From Porphyridium purpureum (taxonomy: Eukaryota): 64,000 nt of DNA. The stretch is taken from assembly GCA_008690995.1 (NCBI GenBank), contig VRMN01000006.1, positions 620,001 through 684,000 on the forward strand. Reading direction: 5' to 3'. The position numbers were made by a program, and so were the translations under genes. Numbering within the stretch: the first letter of the stretch is position 1; each line of letters starts with the position of its first letter. Shown here in pieces: positions 52,481-61,659 of the stretch. The notes under the pieces are model-generated. The model saw only the letters and a list, made by a program, of their open reading frames with translations, was not told the origin of the DNA and made no database searches.

Positions 52481-53641
52481 TCATGCGCCAAGACGAGCGC
52501 TTGCCACACACACGGGCGTCTTGACATGCACGTCGAACGCCTGATGAAGAAGAGTGCCGCACGGACTGACACGGAACGATACAACCGAGTCTGTATCCTG
52601 GTTCGCGACGAGCATCCAGTCCGCGGAAGAGACCAGCCAGATGTCGCGCGGCGTGCGTCCGCCACTTGGCACGCAGGACAAGAGCGACATCTCGCGACCG
52701 TCTGCGGACAGCGCAAAGACTGAAATGGAGTCGTGGCCGCGGTTGGACACGTACAGAACGGAGTTGTTGGGATGAATGCGGATGGCTGCCGCCGTCGACG
52801 AGGCAGACGAGGCACCGACGGGAGGCATGGTTCCAGTAACCGAGACAGGTGCTCGAGCCAGTGAGCCGTCCTCCGGGCTGTAGGAGTAGGCGGCCACGGT
52901 CGAGTCGAGCTCATTCACAACATACATGATTGGTACTGAACCGTGGAACACTATGTGCCGTGGGCCTGCTCCTGTGGCGTGCGCACGAGCGCTCGACACG
53001 TGCTCCAACCCACCTGCCGATCTGATCACAAAAGAATAGATTTCGTTCGTACCCAGGTCAGCCACGACCATCATGTGCGGATTCAGCGGTGAGAATACGA
53101 CACAGTGCGGGTGCGATCGTTCTTGCCGGCCACCTGCGAACGAGCCTGAGAACAGCGATGGAACCACGGTTTGGGAAGCGCAGAGCTGCAAAGATCCATC
53201 AAGTGAATCCACAGTCATGATACCAAAGCCCGTGCCACCCGCATAGTTGGCAAATGCCACCAAGCGGCCGCTCGATGCTGGTAGCTCTGCCACATGGCAG
53301 GCACCGGCGCCGCCGGTTTCAAGGCGGCACGACTCCAATAAATGAGGTGCGACGCCGTTGCTCTGATCGGATGCCACAATGTCTAGCACGACGAGCTTCG
53401 AGTTCAAGTCCTCTGCCTCTTCGACCACATACAGGCGCCGCGCATCGGAGGACACGGCCAAGTAGCTTGGGTTCTTGACGGGCGGCTCCAAGCGAATGCC
53501 ATCCGCGCTGCATGCAGACAGATGGCCATCAGAGGTCCTCAGAGAGACAACATGAGGACCGACGGCCTTACCATGCACGTGCGGTAGAGACTCGGTGTAC
53601 GAGCCCACAAACACGGTCACGACGTGCGGCGTGTCGCTCAT
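52481..53641 (-). CDS. 6-phosphogluconolactonase-like 7-bladed beta-propeller lactonase (Pgl/YbhE family)
   Basis: VFVGSYT, NPSYLA, ANYAGG, HPHCVVFSP, VADLGTNEI, GAGPRHIVFH, YVVNELDSTV, YVSNRGHDSI, GGRTPRD, VANQDTD. Confidence 0.92.
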   Translation of the reverse strand: MSDTPHVVTVFVGSYTESLPHVHGKAVGPHVVSLRTSDGHLSACSADGIRLEPPVKNPSYLAVSSDARRLYVVEEAEDLNSKLVVLDIVASDQSNGVAPHLLESCRLETGGAGACHVAELPASSGRLVAFANYAGGTGFGIMTVDSLDGSLQLCASQTVVPSLFSGSFAGGRQERSHPHCVVFSPLNPHMMVVADLGTNEIYSFVIRSAGGLEHVSSARAHATGAGPRHIVFHGSVPIMYVVNELDSTVAAYSYSPEDGSLARAPVSVTGTMPPVGASSASSTAAAIRIHPNNSVLYVSNRGHDSISVFALSADGREMSLLSCVPSGGRTPRDIWLVSSADWMLVANQDTDSVVSFRVSPCGTLLHQAFDVHVKTPVCVASARLGA

Positions 53642-55005
53642 CTTTCCCTTGGGTCTGCCGAGCAGAGTCTCAAGACCGGCAGCTGGTGTGAACGCTTGTG
53701 GCGAGTGAAGCGATTGACTGTACACCGGACATGGACGAAGCCTGCAAAAGCGAGGCACACGGCTCAAGGATGGGTCTCCGTTCGTTTCGTGCTGCGTTGC
53801 CCTCTCGCTGCGTGTGCGAGCAGTGACTGCATGTGGAAGGTTGTACGGAAGCTTCTTTGGATCCCTTTGCCCCAGATTGTCGCTGCTTTTCTTTCGTCGA
53901 AAGGCATGATGGCAGACGATGGTCGCAGGCATGAAAGGAGGCCATTTGTTGGACAGTCCGCTAGGCCAGGCAGATGAGAAAATGGGTGAGCGGACTTCAA
54001 TTTAGATAAGTGACCTGCGAGATACAGTCTCAATGAGTTTCACGTCGTCGGATATAAATGCTGCGGCGGGAGCTCTGCGGTTTCGGCTACCAATCTAGCG
54101 AATGTGGTGTAGCCAGGCGTCCGCTGCACCTTGGGCGAAAGGCCGACGGGAATGGTCGCCCATGACGCTGTCCGTACAGGTCACAAGTTGGGCACGGCTA
54201 CTTCGTAGCCACTGCGGGTTTGAGAAGAGTGAGCTACTAGTCTCAACAACTCGAGTCATGGGAACAAACACCCAAGGGAGCAACGACACGAAGGTTTTGC
54301 ATGGTCCTCGCATGCGACCGGTGAGGCGTCAGCCGCTGTGTCGCGCGGCAAATCCTCTGCATTTGGATTCTCCAATGGAAACGCTGCGATACATGCACGC
54401 TCGCTAGTCGTCTCATCGACCGTGCCGCTCTGTCGATTGCCAACTCCGACGCGAGAACGACGCGTTGGCCCAGCGTTCGTTGGGTGCGTCGAGCTACTGC
54501 ACCAATGGTTTCATGATTATGTCTGCGACCGACTGCCGCGGCAATTGTGTCGATCCAGAAAATCTTTCCTGTTCAATCTCCAGCTGGCGAAATGGAGTCG
54601 CATTGGCGCTATAATGGTCAGACTTGCAGTGACCATTGCAGTGCGCCGTCAACTGCACGGGGATAAGTAAGAAGGTCCGAGAGTTCGCACATGATGCAGC
54701 TGAATGCATGCGCTGCTGCCAGCGGAGCGGGCTCAAGCACAGAACGTTTAGTGAAACTCTAAGGTCTCATCATCACAGCTCACAGCCTCGCGTTCTTCAA
54801 TGTCACCGCTTCTCTCTGCACAGCATCGAGTGCAAAGATGGGGTAAAAACGAAAGAAAAGAAAGAAAAGAAGAGAACACTTACGAGTTGTAACCCCACAA
54901 GTCTTCGATCTGCAATCCAACCAACACCCGCCATTCTCTTCGGCCGTCCACAAGTGAGCTGCGTATTTTGCTATAATAACTTTGTCTTACGGCATGATAC
55001 GCAAA

Positions 55006-56472
55006 TCATCGTGGCACGCTCGGTTTTAAAGGTGCCGAGGGCTTCACCTGGACGGCGAGCAAACGCTGCATCATTTCCAGACGCTGCGAAAGCGTCTCCA
55101 GACGGCTTTTAAGCTGCTGATTTTCCACAAGCACGCCGTCAATCATGGTTTCATAGTCCTTGTTCAGCACTTTCTTTCGTTCCCGAGACTTCTTCGCACT
55201 TTCCCGATTCTGAATTTTCCTCAACTCGGCGCGCTGCTCTTCCGTCAGCTCTGGGAATTTCCGCTTTCTGCCACGCTTCTTGGGCTGCCTCGCGTCTGCA
55301 CCTGAAGGGCCATTCATCCCATGGTGGTCTCCACCGGCTTCTGAGGACGGCGCGCCGCCGTCTGTGCCTTCGTACTCTTGACCAGAATAGTATCGTCCGT
55401 CCTCCTCATCCTCGTCTTCCTCACATCCGCGGTCACCTTCCATGTCCAGCTCTTCCGCGTTTGTAAGATCCGCTTGCCACGTGTTTTTCAGCTCCTCTAC
55501 CCACGTCCCGTGCCCTGCAGGGGAGGGCTCACCTTCCTGCGGACGAACACCGGACGCGGCTGGATCAGAATGCCGCTCCATCGTAGGAAAGCCTCCCGTT
55601 GTACCAGCACCCCATGTCATGTTGGACAATCCACGCAGAAGCGCAGAAGGTGGTGGCGGCGGGGTTTCACCCGACGCGTACGCCGACATGAACTTGTCAA
55701 CCGTCGACTTCCGGTAGAGGTCTGGGTACGACTCGCCTAAAACGGAGACAAGTTTGACTGGATCATTGACGAGCTCGCGCGTTGAGGAGGTCTGCTGTCT
55801 TATGCTTAGGTTTGAGCTACTTGTTTTCTTCGAGTTGGCTTCGGATGCCTTGCGGCGCAGGCGCGTGTGCATCGCTCCTGGGGGCGTGGTGCCGCGTGTC
55901 GGACTATCGCTATATTCTCCCGACGTTGCGTGCAGCCGAACCGTCTCCTCGCCGCGTTGCATTGCGTCCATCACCTTGAGCACTGGTTTGAGGGCGCGCT
56001 CTTTATCCTGCCCACTCAGCTCGTCTGCGACCCAGCACGCCGCGCCGGCCGCATTGTACATTTGCGGAATGCCGTGTTCCTCGAGTGTGGAATTGTCTGC
56101 CATAGTCTCTCCGTTCCCGATGCTAATATCGACGTTTTTCATGTTCAGCTCACTTGCGAGCAGCCACTTGAGCTGGCCAATAGTTGCAGACGACGGCACC
56201 TCGACCTGCTGAAACTCGGCCGAGTCTGGCGTACTAACAATCAACGGGATGCTACCGGGCGTCATCGACATTGAAGGCAGCGGGCTGAAGAACTGCATGG
56301 CAGACGCAGGCATGGACGCAGACGCAGAGCCAAGCGCGGGCAATCCAAACGACATTTGCCGCGGGACGCCCAAGTCGACCCCTGCAAGTTCTCCGTCGTC
56401 CAAATCCAGAGGCGCTGGCACCTGCAGCGGAGCTCCCGCCGGCGGTTTCCCGCTCTTACCCCCTTCTAGCAT
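55006..56472 (-). CDS. bZIP transcription factor with an internal ubiquitin-like domain
   Basis: C-terminal RKIQNRESAKKSRERKK plus leucine zipper. VEVPSSATIGQLK..GETMADNSTLEEHGI is a ubiquitin-fold pattern. Confidence 0.85.
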   Translation of the reverse strand: MLEGGKSGKPPAGAPLQVPAPLDLDDGELAGVDLGVPRQMSFGLPALGSASASMPASAMQFFSPLPSMSMTPGSIPLIVSTPDSAEFQQVEVPSSATIGQLKWLLASELNMKNVDISIGNGETMADNSTLEEHGIPQMYNAAGAACWVADELSGQDKERALKPVLKVMDAMQRGEETVRLHATSGEYSDSPTRGTTPPGAMHTRLRRKASEANSKKTSSSNLSIRQQTSSTRELVNDPVKLVSVLGESYPDLYRKSTVDKFMSAYASGETPPPPPSALLRGLSNMTWGAGTTGGFPTMERHSDPAASGVRPQEGEPSPAGHGTWVEELKNTWQADLTNAEELDMEGDRGCEEDEDEEDGRYYSGQEYEGTDGGAPSSEAGGDHHGMNGPSGADARQPKKRGRKRKFPELTEEQRAELRKIQNRESAKKSRERKKVLNKDYETMIDGVLVENQQLKSRLETLSQRLEMMQRLLAVQVKPSAPLKPSVPR

Positions 56473-57032
56473 CCTTCCATACACGCACACACACACACAC
56501 TCTCTCTCGCCCTCCCTGTCTCCTTATCTGCTTCGGCGTCCACAGCCGTTTTCCTCGAGGAGACGAACCATTTCATAACAAAACAACCCATTTTATATAG
56601 AGCAGGCGATGCGCATGCGCGTGCGGGTTTGCGGGCGACGAAGGTGCGAAGGGCGCGAGAGCGCCGATATCGGCGGCACGACGCTGTCGCATGGACCGCG
56701 CCGCGTCGATAAGCTCCGCGATCATGCTCGATTCGCAGCACTGTGTACTTGCCGTGCCTTGCTTTTGTGCATCGTTGAGAAGGGCGTTGCTGCTACATGA
56801 AACTCTGGCTCCATATTTTCTGTTCCGTGCGGGCTAAGTGATCATCCACCCGCCGCGGAGCAATGTGCTTGTTGCCAACATACCATTTCTTTATTCACTT
56901 TCTCTTTTAGCTTTGATTCACGCGTCGTGACGCGGGCGCGCTCGGTCGTCTGCCGCTGTCTCTCGACTCGCGCAAGGCGAACAAGAAAATCAAATCGTTC
57001 GCGCTACGAAACACGCCGGCCACACCCACGCA

Positions 57033-58571
57033 CTACATCTCGGCCAGCACCGCTTGGCAGATCGCGCTCGCCTCGGCGTCGCGAAGGCGCAAGCGCTCTA
57101 CATTTTGCAAAGCTCCGCGAGTCGCGCGCGACTTCACGAGGCTCAAAAGCAAGTTGATGGACGGATCTGACGACTGCTCCAGCACACCCGTGATCTCGAA
57201 AACGGGTCCTTGTCCGTGCAGGTGTGCTGCTGTTTCGTATTCCTTTTTGCCTTGCAGTGGAGCAACCCAAGTCTGGCGCTCCTTCTTCGACGGCGCAAGC
57301 ACACAGTCTAGGCACGGAAACACTTCTTGCTGTGCTGCACCATGGTCCGCCGCGACCGTCTTGACTCCCAAAAGGTTGATCTCTGACTCTGACCTCGGAG
57401 CTCGGAACATTAGCTCGCACGGCTCGCCCGAGCAAGACTTTACGAGGCCCACGCGGACAGCATCCGGATCAGACTCGTCTGCACGCGTCAACATCACACG
57501 AATCGACGCGGTGCACGGGTGAACGACACCACCGACAACAATGTTGAAAGCGTAGATTTCCGACATGGAGTCCAATCCCATCAAAATATCTTCAAACACG
57601 CAGGCGTTCCCGCCATCCTGTGAAATCAGAGCCTGCCACATTTCACCCGTCATATCTGTGGAGACGCGGCATCTATTCGTCTCCTTGGCCTCCTGCATCA
57701 GCCACTTCATGCGGTCGTACTTATCCGCCGCGGCGTCCACCAAGTACGCATCTCCACTGCGGGAATAGAGAAAGCACATGCTGCTCTTGCTGGACGCAAC
57801 CTCGACTGGCGTTCCTGACGCGATGCCGTCCAACGCTTCGTTCAAATCCAAGCGGAGCACGCGCTGGGGCTTGACGTACGCCTTTTCAAATGCAAACTCA
57901 CCCGCGAAAAGATTCTGGCGTGCTTTCCAAAGCACCGTAGCTCGACTGGAGCTCATCAAAAAGCCTTCGCCTACCATGAACGCCTGAAAGCGGCGCGCAT
58001 CAAGCGAGTCGCGAATCGCCCAGTCTTCCGACGCGTGACGAGCGATGCTGCGCGCAATGATCGTCGCAAAAGCCTCCGCGAGCTGGAGCTTAGCCCCACC
58101 GTTGTCCTTGCGACTCTGCACCATGAGTGTATATGCTTTCGAATACTTGACGTAGATACGTCCGCCAAAGCCCGACTGGCGAGCGTACACCCATTCATCC
58201 GAATCTGTCAGCTTATCCACTAGATATCCATCCGACACCTCGAAATGCCAGCGCTTGTCCAGATTCTTGGGCACATACGCGCCAGCGTTCTGTCCGAGCT
58301 GCTCGAGTCGGGACAGCACCTCTGCGCCGACCTCCTTCACAAAGTCAGCTACCGCCGTCTCCGCTTTGGTATCCTGCAACTCCGCAAGATTACGCGCGCT
58401 GACACAGTCATCGATCTGCTCCAGCGCGAGCTCTACCTTTTCCGGCATCAGGACCACGTGCCTGCGATGCGAGACCGGAACCCTCTGACTCAGCAGGTGC
58501 CTGCCGAACCTCGCCAGTAGGAAGCCCCCGGCCACAAGCCCGCCCAAGACCGGCGAAAAGCCCGGCTCCAT
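57033..58571 (-). CDS. Hypothetical protein with an N-terminal hydrophobic/targeting segment
   Basis: 512-aa ATG-initiated ORF with ordinary globular composition. No family recognised. Confidence 0.7.
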   Translation of the reverse strand: MEPGFSPVLGGLVAGGFLLARFGRHLLSQRVPVSHRRHVVLMPEKVELALEQIDDCVSARNLAELQDTKAETAVADFVKEVGAEVLSRLEQLGQNAGAYVPKNLDKRWHFEVSDGYLVDKLTDSDEWVYARQSGFGGRIYVKYSKAYTLMVQSRKDNGGAKLQLAEAFATIIARSIARHASEDWAIRDSLDARRFQAFMVGEGFLMSSSRATVLWKARQNLFAGEFAFEKAYVKPQRVLRLDLNEALDGIASGTPVEVASSKSSMCFLYSRSGDAYLVDAAADKYDRMKWLMQEAKETNRCRVSTDMTGEMWQALISQDGGNACVFEDILMGLDSMSEIYAFNIVVGGVVHPCTASIRVMLTRADESDPDAVRVGLVKSCSGEPCELMFRAPRSESEINLLGVKTVAADHGAAQQEVFPCLDCVLAPSKKERQTWVAPLQGKKEYETAAHLHGQGPVFEITGVLEQSSDPSINLLLSLVKSRATRGALQNVERLRLRDAEASAICQAVLAEM

Positions 58572-60380
58572 GCTGATTCAGTACCGCTCTGTCAAGAGTA
58601 GATGCCTCTGTCGGTCTTTGATGTACGCTTGTCCTGCAAATGTCGCTGTCTCTCACTTTGTTCGACGCCTCGTCCAATACTCTGACTCTAGATGAAGACA
58701 CGCCCACACGGAAAAGCGCCGACTCGGCCCCTTTTATACCCCTTTGTGCAGCTCACAGCAGGTGGTCAAGGCATCAACCAATCCAGCGAGCAGGCGTGTG
58801 CGGCGACAGAACCGGAGTCGGACCTCATCACTAGCCGGCTTCTTCATTCGGCGCTGAATTCCTCCCACATAGCAAGTCACCGTCCATCCATCCATCCATC
58901 TTGGTTAAAGGCAGTCAAACACTGGGCAAGCCTCGAAAGCAGTGCAAGCTTCAAAAGCTGCCCTTCCGGCAAGCCAAGACATCGAGATTCATTCTGTCCG
59001 TTCCGATCAGACGGCGTGCCAAAGAAAACAAACCCACTCATCAAGCGGCGAACGAAAGAAGAGGGTCAAGCATCCAGATTGCGGGCACAGAACCATTGCA
59101 GCGAGTCTCGCGTGCAGCCATCTGCTGCGCGATTACTTCGTGTGTTGTTCTGAAGCTCGCGCGCTGAAACCACGCCGTTCCGTTCGAATCTCCATCGAGT
59201 CTGCTGCATCCGTGAGGCGCAAACGTACGCACGCACGATTTCAACACAAATCGGTTTATCGGTTTATCGGAGCACCGGGGTATCAGTTTATCAGCTCATC
59301 ACTGCGCACAAAGTGGTTCTGAGCGCGGCGTGCGGTGTGGCTCACGCCAGTCAACAAGCCTTCCCGCGCGGGGCCCTTCCACCTGTGAATGACTCTGCAG
59401 CAGCTTGGCTCCTCGGGCTTAAAGGTCTCACCGAACAGCAACCAAGTGCGCCGCATGCGCGCATCGCACATCAGCAGTACATATGCTATTGAAGCTGTCC
59501 TCTCCGGATTCAGAGAAAGACGACAAAGTCGGCAACCACACAGGCTATCACATGTGTGTGTGCATGTGTGTATTTGTTATCCTTCCTGTCACGCTGTGGC
59601 AAGGCGTCAACCCGTGCCACAAACTACCGGCAGTCTACACGCGGAATCTCCGCTTGCGCTGCCGCCGCGCCGCAGTCCAACCACGCGACCGCCTAGGTGC
59701 CCAGCGCTGCGGTCAACCGACACGCGGTGTATCTGCGTGCAACACGGTTGGCGCTTTCCACATCCACCAGCGCGCGTCTGTACACGCACACATACTACAC
59801 GATCTCCCCCGCGTCGTTTGCGGGCAACGCGCGCGGCGCCAAAGCTGAACACCACCGTACATTCCAAGTCTCCACTACGCACCACAGCTCATGCTGCCTT
59901 TGCGCTGCACGTCTTTGCGTCATTGTGCCTGCGCCATGCCGGCGGCGCGTGCGCATTCGGACAGCACAGATGTCTGTGCCTCTGCGTGTCCACAAGCAAG
60001 TTTGCTGGTTTGAGCTGCGCGCCGCGCGCCAGATCATCGTCGAGATGCCGCTGCGTTGAACTCGGGAGCTGCTGCCAGGTCCGCATCCGTATCCATGCCC
60101 ATTTCTACACGCGTGTCCATGTTTGTCCGTGTCCGTGTGCGTGTGCATATGCATGTGTTGGTCCTAAACTGTGTTTGATACCGTGCCGTATTCTCTATCT
60201 ATATCCATGTTCGTGCCGATGTGCGTGTCTGCTTGCGCATCCGTGCGCGTGTCCATGTGTGTGTCTGTCTGTTTCCAAGTGCGTGTCCGTTTGTATGCCT
60301 GTCTGTGTCGGTGCCCATATCGATGCCCATCTCCATCTCCATGTCTCCATATCTATGTCCGTGTCTATCCGTGTCCGTGT

Positions 60381-60430
60381 CCATCCGTGTCCATCCGTGT
60401 CCATCCGTGTCCATCCGTGTCCATCCGTGT
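60381..60430. repeat. 10-bp tandem repeat (CCATCCGTGT) x5 within a roughly 500-bp degenerate CCGTGT/CCATGT region
   Basis: Direct reading. Degenerate flanks extend from about 60080 to 60570. Confidence 0.9.
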
Positions 60431-61659
60431 CCGTGTCTATTCGTGTCCGTGTCCGTGTCCGTGTCCATCCGTGTCCATGTCTATCCGTATCCGTGTCCAT
60501 GTCTGTCCATGTCAACTTCTCTATCCACGTGCGTGTCCATACAAATCTTCACGTGCGTGTCCACACCCATCTGTATCTGTGCGACCGCAGAAATCGCCAC
60601 ACTCTAACGCGGTTCGACGGCTTTGCACTCGACTCCACCGCCACCCCCTCACTTTATTCATGTGCCTCCCACCCACCCACCCACACCCACGTCTATAAAT
60701 GAAATAACAACCCCCCTCCCCTTCGGCTCCTTTCAAACACAAACACACAACCTCCAGTTCGTTGCATCGTCGAAATCCCAACCCGACCCCAACGCCACCC
60801 CACACAGCTGCACTCCATTTTTCACCTTACCGGTTATATACTGATCATGACCATTAAACCATTAAACCATTAAACCATTCAACGCGAGTCGCGGCGAAGG
60901 AGGAACGCATCCATAGTGAAAAGTGGAACAGGTCAAGACGATAGTACTGTGGAGTAGGTACTGTGGATATAGTAGGTACAGTGGACGTAGTGTGGCCGTT
61001 TGGTGGACCAATTTGGGGTTGACAGGAGGAGAACACAAAGGTGGGGCGAATCAAAAAATAGGACGGAAAGGAAGGAAGAAAAACGGGGTTTGTGGGTGAG
61101 AGAGAGAGGAGAGGGGTGGGAGGGGGCGAGGAGAAAGGGAAGGGGAGGGGTGGGGTGGAAGGTGGTGGGGTTGGTGGGGTTGGTGGGGGGGAGGGAGCGA
61201 TGTCGTCCGCTCGGGGAAGACGGCGGCAGGCGGGCGCAGGCGCGCGCGCGTGTGCGCGGTGTCGCCGCCGCCGCCGCAGAAGAGGGTCGTGCTGCTGCAT
61301 GACGAGTCGCATCTGTCGCCGCTGAGCAACGCCGCGCACCAGCGCCCGCTCGACGTCCCGCAGAATGAGCCGTGGCAGTCTGCGCCGGAGCTCGTCGTGG
61401 AGGAGAAGAACGCGTCCAGCGCGTGGCTCAGTCGCGACGACGCGCAGGACGGCGGCGCGCTCGCGCGGCGCGCGTCCACGCTAGGAGGCAAGACGCCGCT
61501 CTTTGGCAGGCTCAGGGCGTCAAGAGCGCGGCGCGCACGCGCTCGGCGCGCAAGCAGCAAAGGCGGCCGAGCCCGGCGGAGGCGCGGGCCGGCGCGGACG
61601 CGAGAGCCGAGCCGCGCGCCGGCCCAAACACAATACCGGCCGCCGAGGAGCTCGCGGCA

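Noticed and set aside
59389..60702. 437-aa Cys/His/Val-rich ORF
   Set aside because: It arises from low-complexity CCGTGT/CCATGT repeats that lack stop codons, and has no recognisable domain.
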